Assembly: GCA_977030845.1 (NCBI GenBank)
Contig: OZ365115.1
Coordinates: 12,834,001 to 12,898,000, forward strand
DNA: 64,000 nt
From: Fimbriosthenelais zetlandica
Taxonomy: Eukaryota
Direction of reading: 5' to 3'
Every line of letters begins with the position of its first letter. Positions within the stretch are counted from its first letter, which is position 1. This document shows, piece by piece, positions 10,242-21,600 of the stretch. The notes below the pieces were generated by a model, which did not search any database, was not told the origin of the DNA, and worked only from the letters and a program-made list of their open reading frames with translations. The translations under genes and the position numbers were made by a program.

Positions 10242-13200
10242 ATCATGCATTTCCATGCATGTATTTATGAGGTATAGGTCATTCCTAATACTTTTTTGCT
10301 CCAACACCCGAAATGTTTTACACGCACATCACATAATATTTGTATGACCCCTTTTATCATGGCCCAGTGGACGTGGGATTTTATCCTATACAAAATCGAC
10401 CTGGTGTAATAGAAGCTTTATGAGAATGAATTTGGTGTACAGAGCAAAGGTGAAGATGGCTAATGGTGGTCTATAGGATGTGACAGCTCTTCTCACTCCT
10501 CTCTTCACATGTACATAGAGTCACACCGCCAGCTGTCAGTACCAATCTTATAGTCACCACACCTCACATACAGCTATCATTACTCCCACCCTGCTCCCAG
10601 CCCCTATCATTATATATATAGCCGTGGATATTATTGTAAGGCCAAGAAAAAATAAATCCATTTTGGTTCGATTGTGGCTTATCGCCGCAGCAATGTCCAA
10701 CGAGGATTAGGAAACAATATATTTCCATGGCGTGCTCTTCTCGAAAGGCAGTTATGGCTCTTTGACATGACCTTTACGGGAGTGGGCGAAATGACTGGTA
10801 TTTTACATGCCTCTCACTACAGACAGTGGATGATGCAAATGGCCTTCCTTCTAAATTTTCTTGTATTGTTTGACACACCTCTCATCATTGCGGCATTTAC
10901 ATACCCATGACCATAAAGATGTTATTGAGAAAACAAAGGAAACAAAGGATTAGTCTCTGTAGCCTGAGCACCCCAGGAGCTGCTCGTATTGCATCTATAG
11001 ACTGACACCAATGGTTTGGTAATGAGTGGGCCATATCAGCACCTGTCCTTGACAATATACGTTGTACACATGTATATATATCAGACCTGAAATGGGACAA
11101 CGATGACCAAGAAAGGTGTGCCACTTGATACTTGATAACATCCTGGCGTTTTAACAATTAATTAGATCTATTGTGGTGGTGTCATGGTGTTAGCCAGCTT
11201 GGTCACTTCATTTCTCAAGGGTTCTGCGTGACTTTTCGGGGAGTGAACTTTCGCCCCTTCAACCTCCACCTAGGTGATAACCCTCAGCAAATGACTTCGC
11301 TCCCATTAGTGAGCTGTTCAAATTAATGCTCTGTGCTTATTAAATGCCATACTTTCGATCCATTGTACAACTACAACTTTAGCTATCATCCATTGACTTT
11401 GTATCTATTACAGACAGTTTGTTGTACTTTTCATTTGTCCTACATTGCCTACACTTATTGTGTTTCCCAAGTTCTAACTCTATGACGTTCACAGCACTGT
11501 ATTAAATGACAATAAAACCGTCACCTCTAAGTGAGCATCAATGGGTTTGTCCATCGCTTCATCACGCTATTCTGTCTTCAGGAATCATCTGAATAATAGA
11601 TCATGAACAAATGCGTGATCCATGGCTGATGAGTCAAGACACACAGCAGCAGATATGTTCCTAAAATAGTAACAAGGCATTGACGACTTGATGTCACTAT
11701 GCTTAGTGCATGATATCATTGAATCATACCATACAAAAAGCACTTCAATTCATTGTGAAGAGTAACACTTATTGTTGCCATTATAGGATTATGGAAAAGG
11801 TAGGCTAAATAATTTCAAAGGACTATCTAAATCACCTAGATAAAGTATTAGAAAAAATGAAAGTTGGCCTACATTAATTTGACTGAAAATGAAAGAAACT
11901 GTCTAAAAAGCAAGGAAGCTTCGGTTATGTAAAGCACATCAACACAACATTCCCTGTAAGTCCTACGATACTCGCAATCCCGGTGGTCCAACTTTGAATA
12001 AAGGGATTGATTTAATTTGTTCAAGTAAAAAATTGCTGGAGACATTGGGAGGTACTTTTCTACGCCATTGTAACCAGAGAGAGCTAGAGGAACAACACAT
12101 TCTCTTTCCCTCGATAAATCAATAGGTAGGAAAAGCACTTTACTTGTCTCAGTTGCCGTGGGTTCCGGCTTCTAATGTCTTCTGAAGTGTGGGTTGGGAA
12201 GAGAAATGTTCAAACAAAAGTATGTCCTGTGGGTTAATAGTTAAACTCAAGGTAAAATACAAGGGCTATTCAATGGCCCCTTTTATAATTTGAACGGTGA
12301 AATCAACTTTTTGAGTTGTTGGGACTCTTGTTAGATCGGTTTAGTCCGATAGAGGGCGTTGTTACTGAGGTTTACATTTGTTAGATTCCGCTATTAGATT
12401 CAGCAGAAGTGTCCAGAGGCAGTCATAATGCAGTCAAAATATGCAGCAAAATCATTCGGTTGTACCTCTCTCTCATTCAATTAAAATCTCAAACGATATC
12501 TTGAAAGATGGGAAAGGAGGAGAAAGGAAGAGAAGGGGGAGGAGGAATAGGAGTGGGAAATGTCAATATTCGTCCGGGAATCAATGCCTTCCACTGTCTA
12601 AGGGATGCTAATTAGACGATGATTGTCAACTCAAGGCTTTGTCATCTCTATTGAACTAGACCAGTGTGCGTGTCTCCTGCCATAAGTTGTCAGATACTTC
12701 ACATTGAGTAAGAAACCTACAGCTACAATTGAAGCAATTCCAGGGAAAATTATGGGATTGTTTCAGAGGGAAAGTATGTGATTGTTTCAAACTTCTCAGT
12801 ATAATAGAGTATCTAAAAGGAGACGACTACATTAGCAGCTTTGACGACGAAAAGATTTTTCGTAGTCCCGGGAAAGTGTTTTTGTGCATACTTCAAACCT
12901 GTGCCAGATTATGCCTTGCTCCTTCCCCAGGGCACATTTAGCGCAAAATAATATATCAGCGAGTTCATCAGCTTACAATATTTCATTTGCAATTAAGGAC
13001 AAGTTTGCCATGTGACGAATTTCAATTGAGGTTTCATTAAGAGGACCCGGGATGGTGATGGTTGGTATTTAATGTAAATGGAATCCACAGCTGTAATGAA
13101 GGAAAATGACAAAAACTGGCGCTAATACCTCACTGAATACACCCCATCTATCATGGAGACATATTTAAAGTGGTTTCACTGGAGACTTAATGGAGAGTTT

Positions 13201-14735
13201 TTGTTGAAATGGATAGCCATGTAAAAAGCCCATACCATCCATCCTGCTATTCCCCTCATTAAATTAGAGTGATTATTTGCATAGATAGGGTTCACTCTGA
13301 TTGGGACATAATGGCCAAACGTTCCATCCGTCCATTCTACACTATTAACAGGAAGTATTTCTCAACATTCTAACTTTCAAAATATTTTTCTAAATGAAAC
13401 AAATAAAGTATCAACTTCCATTATTACAAATCCCAAAATGACCTTTTCTTACACATGACTTTTGCAGCCATGTCTGTTTTTACATTGCTCTTTTTCCACC
13501 TATTGCCTCGGGGATTAATGTCAAAATCATTGCCCAAATCTTACAAGTTTTTAAGGTGTGTGGATGATTTTGGGTTGTGTTGTATTTTGTGCTATTCCAT
13601 GCCTGGTGATAATTTTAACATTGGTGATTGCTCCCCTCCTCCAACTCCTTATCACCCTGCCATGCTCCACCTCTCACAGTCTCATTCACATTCCTCCCAG
13701 CCCTCTCAGTCCACTTACCATTCAGTCCAACCCCACTCCATTCAGACATTCCCTACTGACTTTTAAAAAACCACTATAAGAGGGCTGTATGGACTTTTAA
13801 TGGGTGGCGGCCATGGTAATCCGTGCTCACGTTATGCGCCAGACACCACCACAAGCCTTGGTTGACTGGCCAGCATCTAAGCCACATCATCGTTCCCAGT
13901 CACTTCCATTTTCGCCCCACTCTCCATTTTGTTTAGCGTTTTTCCTTTGGATCCAACTTTCATTCAGGAATCTTTCGACATTTTCCCACCAAATTCCAAT
14001 TCAATTTGAGTCCCCTTCCCCTCTTTTTAAATCTCCATTTCTTTCCTTCCTGTTCTGTCATTCTCCTTCAATTTCATTCAAAATCTTCAACCAAGTCGGC
14101 TTTTATTTCACTTAGCTCATCTGGTTTTCTTCCCGAGGGAGCTCCTCCACATTTTGGACTCTCTTCCATAGTTTTTTTTACGTATCACGTCTAATTTATT
14201 TTCCATTCTCTCTTCAACACCGTGGAAAACTATTTTCCACTGATATAAGCCAATCAATATAATGTTTAAGGCATTGTATGGAGAAGTATTTTCAAGTAAA
14301 ATTTGCTAATCAATATTTAAGGCAGTGTATGCTATTCTGGATGGAGAGAAACAACCTTTGGGCATGTAGTCGTGGATGAATTAACCTACATCGATCAGGT
14401 AAAATGGAAGGCAGAGGCATTCTTGTTTACACAGCACAGAGTTTTTACCAGAAAGTATTCCTTTGACATTGACAAGTAGGCTTGCAATAAAGATGAGGCG
14501 AGAGGACCGAACGCCAGTAAATTAACCAGAGGCAATAGCCACAAAAAACAAGCCCCACATGCCGTTAACATTTCCATTAGACTTGATATCAGGGAACATC
14601 ATGCGCTATACAGGAAGCATTATTAAGCTTCACAACGAGGCTTGGATGAGCTGGGCAGGGAAGCTTCAAATTCCCCTATTGTCGCCCATCGTGTTGTGCT
14701 CAGTCAAGCAGTAAGACTGCTGATTGGTGGAGCTG

Positions 14736-14785
14736 GGGTCACGTGTGTTGGGTCACGTGATGTGGGCAAGGTTATCTCAAGGTCA
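14736..14785. promoter_or_regulatory. Enhancer-like cluster: tandem GGGTCACGTG x2 plus TCAAGGTCA
   Basis: GGGTCACGTG at 14736 and 14750 (E-box overlapping a nuclear-receptor half-site), NR5A/ERR-type TCAAGGTCA at 14777, reverse CCAAT at ~14722. Confidence 0.35.
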
Positions 14786-15246
14786 CAGTGAATGTTGGGA
14801 GGAGGATAGCGATAGTGAGGTGATTATCTGAGCCGGGGGAAGACTGCAGTGACATCTACAATGGTTAGTGGGGACGAATGTTGACTGATATCCAGCTACT
14901 TTATGAAGCAAATCTTGAATAATACCACATTATATAGTCACTTCTAGATTATTCTCCAATGCTGTGAATATTATATTGTAGTCAGGATTGACGTTTTGGG
15001 TTGTCATTGGTGGGTTATGGGTACATTCCATGGCCGAGGTTCACCTTGATTGGGACCATCTTTGGGTTCAGCCCAAGACAAAGCCTCAGGCTATAACATA
15101 TATTGGAAACTTTGCTAAATTTACTGCTGATTTAGCAGAATCCCCCTAACACAGTTCCATCTAAAAAGCCATTTACAGCATACTACATGCAATAAAGGGG
15201 ATTAACCTCATTCAAACCTGGCCTGGGGGAATGCTGGAAGGTTGTG

Positions 15247-15350
15247 GTTGCCATGGTAACACCAACAATTACTTTATCTAGGAGGGTCAGCTGACCGGAT
15301 GTGACCTACGTGACCACAGTAACGCAAACAATGCAGTCGAAAATGGCGAC
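15247..15350 (+). promoter_or_regulatory. Candidate promoter: RFX X-box, palindrome, ETS and YY1/Kozak sites
   Basis: GTTGCCATGGTAAC (15247-15260) matches the RFX X-box consensus; GGTCAGCTGACC palindrome at 15285; CCGGATGT; AAAATGGCGAC at 15340 with ATG 15343 (MATEEKGANSSK). Confidence 0.5.
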
Positions 15351-16109
15351 AGAGGAAAAGGGCGCCAACAGCTCCAAGGGTGGTAGATTGTTGAGAGGTT
15401 GATTTAGGCATCCTCTTCTGCTGAAAGTGTCTTGAGGCCATCCATTGGGGTTATGCATATTTATTGAGTTGTCAAGAAAATATGACAGATTATTCATCTT
15501 TGTAGTTTTCTTTTCATATTACATGGGCAGTTAATATTTACTATAGTGGTTGAATGGTACTTGTGGTCTCGTGGATGTGGGGTATAACAGTAATTTAACT
15601 TTCTCAATTAGTAAACGGAAATTCGTCTAATTATCTTCATTTCAACGGAAGTGGAGACTCTCCTTGGTGAGGATTCGTTCCCTGTATCATTTTACTCTCA
15701 TTCTGTTAAGACATAGGTAAATAGATCTACAGTGTAGAAAGTGAATAAATAAATACTCTGTTTTCGTTCCTCTCTTTAGTATAAGACCGCTAAATAAGCC
15801 TGATTTCTGATGTGGAAATTACTCGCTTGTGTGTTAAAATTGAAAATCATAAGCCGTCTTTAAATTTCTACTGGAGATGGATGAAAAAATGACCTCTTTT
15901 TTGCGGAAGGAAATCCATTTAAACCTTCAATTTAGCGCCAAGTGAGGGGACAAGGCCTCGAGGAGGGAATTCCCTCTGCATTTGCTAACGTCAATCAAGG
16001 ATTTTCCCAAGTTAACTCATCCATGAAATGGGTCTGCTGTGAAAAATAAATGAAGGGGGTTAAGTTTTGTACGGGCGTAATGAAGTGTGGGGGTTTTGAC
16101 TGGGACCGC

Positions 16110-16360
16110 CTTGTTGATATCTTTTGCCTGACACATTTCTTGGTGCGGTCTATCATTCCTGACCAAGAGGCAATCAAAACAGCACAGGAAGAATGATAAA
16201 ATACTGCAGTGACACATGAGGAAATAAGATTGGTTTCCTGCCACTTCACTTAATGAACAGCTAGCTGTATATGTGTGATATATGGTCGACACATATATAG
16301 GCCCAACTTTGTGATCTTCCGACCAGCTGCAGAGCTGCACATGATCATTTCCTATTGTTG
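16110..16360 (+). mobile_element. Decayed LINE (CR1/L2-like) apurinic endonuclease fragment
   Basis: Ordered motifs DIFCLT (16116), IPDQE, LAVYV (~16261) and IYRP (16293) match the EN pattern DIxCLTETW..IxDxE..GGGVAVYV..xYRPP; stops and deletions present. Confidence 0.5.
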
Positions 16361-18382
16361 TCAATTCCTCTAGCAATTGCTTCTAGAGTGTGGATATTAG
16401 GTTATATCCCATAAGCACAATTTGCCAGCTTATTTTAGCTCGTATTTAAAACCTTAAAGATATTTCATTGTGCAGAGTTTGATTCTGATGAAAAGGTGGC
16501 TGTATACTTTAATAAGCAATTAATATAATGCCTATTTTATTGATACCATCATGTTGATTATTGGAAAATCTGAACAACTTTCCTAGCATCAATATGGATC
16601 TAGGTTCAACCGTTGAGTCATTATATATAAAAGCATCCATATTAAATGTCTTGTTTATCATGAACAGCCTCTAAATTTAGCATCCACCATGTGAATTTTG
16701 TTTTTACACGCATATATTTTGCCCAATGTACAAGGGGGCCATCACTTTTGCGGTTGATTGTAGACAAGCTCCACTTGCAAGAATCACTGCAAGAATCACA
16801 AGGCAATGATCTCTGGTGGGTTCCCAAGTAGTGTACCAACTGATTAGAAATATCCACTATATTTTCATGTCTTGCAATTCTAGCAATTGTTCATAACCGT
16901 GTCATCCAATATCTCCCCATACAAGAGGGCAGGGGCTACATTTAAATTTGAGTTGCCTACATGGACTGGGGGAGGGGGGTCCACATTTTGTCGAGGGAGA
17001 TCTCAATAGTTAGATGCGCTAAGAAGAATTACGTGGGAAATCCAGAGAGGAGTCTAAGACCATGCCTCCCGTCCTAATACAAAATGATGGATATGATGTG
17101 GTATTGCTTCAGAAAGTCTGCCCAGGAGTGATTCCCACCCGGAAGATGTTTTTGATAATGTATTGAATGGCTTGAGGGATAATGAGTAGAAAAGAGCAAT
17201 TAAATCCCAATTAACAGCTCCTCAGATTGGGCTAACGTCTTAACAACTTAAATCTAGTATCACTCCTGAGGACAAGGTAATGTTAAATCATAATTTGTTT
17301 ACGCCTCAAGTAAAGAATGTCTCACACCTTTCTTAGGCAAATGTTGATGAAAATATGCCATATCCCGAGGACAAAAATGGACACGGGTACTTCATATTGG
17401 GTAAAGAAAACAAATGGGAAATCTACCAACATATACGGCAGGTTTACATATTAAAGCTTCCCACCACAAGTTCACCTGCGCCATCTGTTCCCATTGGCAA
17501 ACCACAATAACCTTAAAATAGGGTATCTGGCCGCAGCCAAGCCATTTCCTGTGTCCATTTGCACCTATTCTACTCCCTATATCCTGCCCTGCTTTTTCGC
17601 AGCTCTCATCGCAATCTTGCCAGCGGAAATATTCCCCATGGGCAGACGGTGACTACACATGACCTTTGACCTTGTCTCTCAACCAGAAGTCAGGAGAGCA
17701 ATGTGCAATAATTGTCATTTCCGATCGTCTTTCCTGGCACCATATAGAATCAGAAGCGCAACCATTTTTGTTTTGCATTACATAAACCTCCTAACTTTGC
17801 TTCTAGGAAAAGAATGATGGTTTGAAATAACTATTTCATGATGTTAACACCTTATATTATTAGGAACAAGGTGATACATGTCGCCAGGTCCTGTTGCTAG
17901 GAGTTGTCTCCTTGGAGGTGTTAGCAATATAGTCCAACACCAATATCAGCACTGTGGCGTATAGGCTTAAGAAATGTAAAGGGAGGGAAGATAGACATGG
18001 CGAAGGCCCTGTTGGCGTACTGGGGGAGACATGAAGTTGCTGAATCATCTAACAAGGCCTGAGCAGAAGCTCACAAGGCGAGCTGCTATGGTGATCTAAA
18101 GAAGAGCTTACACCCCTACTTACGCTGATTGCTGTTCCTCCAGCCCCTCTTTCCCCCCTCATCCTTCCTTCTTTCATCTCTCAACCTGCACCACTTCTGC
18201 CAATAATGAAGGATGTATTGACCTCTGCTCCCGGGGTCTGCTGCTGTAAGATGGGGGAGGTATTGGGTGAGGACAGGAGGTGAGGTATAATAGGAGGGCT
18301 AAACCAAGAGGATGTGCCCCGTCCCCTTCCAGATTTAGTCGAGTGCAGACATCCAGTCATCTCCAGATTGGAACTTGGCCCC

Positions 18383-18640
18383 TGTAGACTGGGACTAGTA
18401 TTCTTTAAATTGGGTCTCGTCCAGTATGGACTAAAAATATAACAATCCATCCAATATACTGGGTTTAGCCCATTTAAAATGGATTCAGTCCACTGCAGAT
18501 TGTGTTATTGGGCCTCGTCCTCTGGAGACATGCACTCATCTGCATGCAGAGAGTACCTTGACCTGTGCAGACAGGGTCGAGTCGCCTTTAAATTGGGTCT
18601 TGTCCCTTGCAGATTGAGTCTAGTGCTTGAATAAATCTTC
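18383..18640 (+). repeat. Decayed ~40-bp minisatellite
   Basis: Best copies 18383-18422 and 18566-18605 (TGYAGAC.GG...AGT...CTTTAAATTGGGTCTYGTCC), with partial copies near 18453, 18490 and 18606. Confidence 0.55.
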
Positions 18641-21600
18641 GGATCTAGTCACTGCCTTGTTCACAGTGGACAGGGCACATATCGTAAGAAGAATTCATAT
18701 ATGCATTATCAATAATTTGGACTTTCGTGTATGACCATATATGGCAATGCTCCATGTTTTATTCTACCATTGTCTCATAGAAGCTTGTTCTCAAAAACTC
18801 ACTCGGTTATGGCATCATCAAAGGGAATACTCATGCATCACGTCCTCTGGAGTATCTGCATCAAACAGAGTGATCCGCCTGAGGCAGGCTTTCACCAGCC
18901 CCCTCTCCCAGCATCCGTCACGTGAGGAGATACCACGTGATGTAGGTGCATTGTTCTAATCGCTAAAGTAGCACTTAATGAAGGTAGGTGTACGTAGGTG
19001 GCGGAGTGGGCACAGAGAAAAAAGAGGAAAGAGGAAAATGCTTAAACAAAACCCTCAAGATACTCCATCTTCTTTACTCAGCTGATTTGGATAGATGGGA
19101 AGAGGTGTTCTTGGAAATACTCAAGAACCCAGGATGCGTAATGGACATATGTGAAGTTGGTATCTGAAAGAAGATGCTGCTTAAAAGGATTTCTGTGTTG
19201 GGAACCTTAGAACGGTGTAGAGTGTCAACTCAATAATAATGTAGTTTTATGCATGCAATCATTTCAATCTGTTTTGTAGCTTGTGCATGTCAGGATATCA
19301 TTTCTCGATATTGAATAGAGTGCATGACTTGGCAGTCCTAATGTATAAGATCACTATTCAGACGAGATGCTCAAACATCATCTCGTTTTTTGAAAAGTTG
19401 GCAAAGCAGCCTTCTCCATCAATGGTTGGGTGAAGCCTTTGAGATGAAATAGTACAGATCAGAGGCTATACTAGACTGCCCTCTCGTTTTCTATGCCGAA
19501 ACCATTGCAGCAGCTCCCCCTGGCTACTACAGACCTGGAATCCACTTCTTACTTTCACCGATTCACCTCTGGATCTCGTTCCATCTCGCAGTCTCTCGTC
19601 CCTCACGGGAACATGGTCACGTGACCTGTGGTGCCAATCTGAGCAGCCGTTTTGGCAGAGCCTCGGTAATCCTCTCAGAGACAAGATCAAACAATCTATC
19701 CTGGTCCCCTACCAGACTGCTGATTTGTCTGTACAGGGTCCCGGGCACAAGTCACTCCTGGTTCCCTATTCCCTCTCTGAATCATATGCATGCTTGCCTT
19801 TAGTTCAGAGGGGCAGTATATATCCAATGTAGCTACGCATCTTTGTCTTAAAGGGACCCACTCATCAAACTCTTCCTTGTTCTAAGAGTCAGGATTTTAG
19901 TTCGTCTTTGTACCGGGCGCTGTTCGACAGCACAGTATAGTGAGTGTAAATTTGACAGCCATGTAACCTGCGGTTCCCAACTGTGGTCCCATCAAAGGTC
20001 CTGTCTAAAATGAGAGTCAATATGCTTGTGGGTATTGCTAATGTCTACATGCGGCATTTGGGAAGAGGTTCATATAAAATACACACTTGCAACAACCTTA
20101 AATCTCGCAAGACATTTTACCTCAAGACAGGCAAAACAGTCCCACAAGAAAATGTGAGTCTTGCAGTTGAAAGGATGCAGTGAAACTGAAAGCAAACAAA
20201 CGGCAAGTGCCATATCTGCCACAGAAAATCCATCTGCAAGGGTTAGGCCAACCACTCACAAGGCATAAATTTGGATTTCCAGTTGGCGCTACCCCATCAG
20301 TGACAATGAGCTGACACCCTGCTATGTCTGCTACAGACAGTCGACATGCACACTTCATACATTCTGATTAATCCTGTTCTCCCTCCAACTTACAGTGACC
20401 CCTGACCATCCCCCAGTATTGCCCTGGTAACCTCGCCTATCACAGTCCATAAGAATTCCTGGATGACATTCTCTACCCTTGTTCACCCTGGTTTATATTA
20501 GACCAGATACAAACCTGGGATTGACTCGGACGTGTATTGAAAGATAAACTTCTCGTGTAAAATATGTCAGTGGCGGTGCATGAGTTATAGTGGAACTTTG
20601 ACCCTATCATCTGGTTTAATATTGCTTCTGACGCGTATGATACAGATGAACCAGGCGCTTGTATGTGAGAAATAAGTCTTGACATTTAACAGGACATCGT
20701 CCCAATGCCCAACAGCAGACCAATAAAAGTCCACATGCGCGACCTAATCCAATGACAGGCGTGAAGCACCAATCAACAGAGGAGCAATGGCGGGAATAGA
20801 AACCAACATTGGATGACCCCGAAACCTTGTTAGCCTGTCGCTGGAATATCCGTGTTCCATTGCCACTACATCTGTGAATGATCTGCTTCTTCCTCTGATG
20901 GCTTGTGCAGATATTCTGGAATGCCTTTGCAACTTCCAGGGGGAGCGGGGGCACACCTCTGTTTGGAATGAAGGGTTGTACAGTTGGACCTTCAGGGACC
21001 AGCCATTCAGGACCAAAAGTCTGTTCTGCTCAGCGTCTGGTCCCTCCCTAAGGGTCCATTCTTCGCCCTTGAACTCTTCTGTACAATTTTCCCGATCCTA
21101 ACATGCTTACAACATGTTCACAGACATGTCATGAATTCTTTTGATGAAAACAAACAGAGCCAGACGGGCAAAGGTGTGGTATTGTGGGGAGAAGTAGTCT
21201 GTTAATAGTGACCCCGGAAACCAGGCTCTACCCAAAGGGCAGGTTGCCCTCTGGCCGTGGAAGTAGTAGGTTGTCTATTGGTTTTGGGGTTTCTAAATGG
21301 AGTGATGTCTCTTGGGGGTATAGCCTGTCCACTTGTCAATACAAAAAGGCTATGCCACCCCATGGGGGAACTTTAGTGTCAAGGATTGGCAAATGTATTT
21401 TGATAATATCAGCAATTCATTTTGGTTTCATTCGGGACCTCCCTGGAAAATCCACCTGTATCCTGAGAATACACGGTAGGTTTTGGTCATAATTTGACTG
21501 TCTGAATAAGTAGAAAAGTTACGATCACCAGTGCAATCATCCCTGACATTGAATCTTTAAGGTAGAGCGAACCTCATGCCAAACTGTTGAATAGAAAAGT

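Noticed and set aside
13900-14220. Long pyrimidine-skewed tract as a minus-strand Glu/Lys-rich exon
   Set aside because: Repeated stops in the best frame; strand skew alone explains the ORFs.
20190-20350. piggyBac-like Cys-rich domain (CHICH, CYVCY)
   Set aside because: The Cys motifs are in different frames, with no DDD core or TTAA-flanked inverted repeats found.
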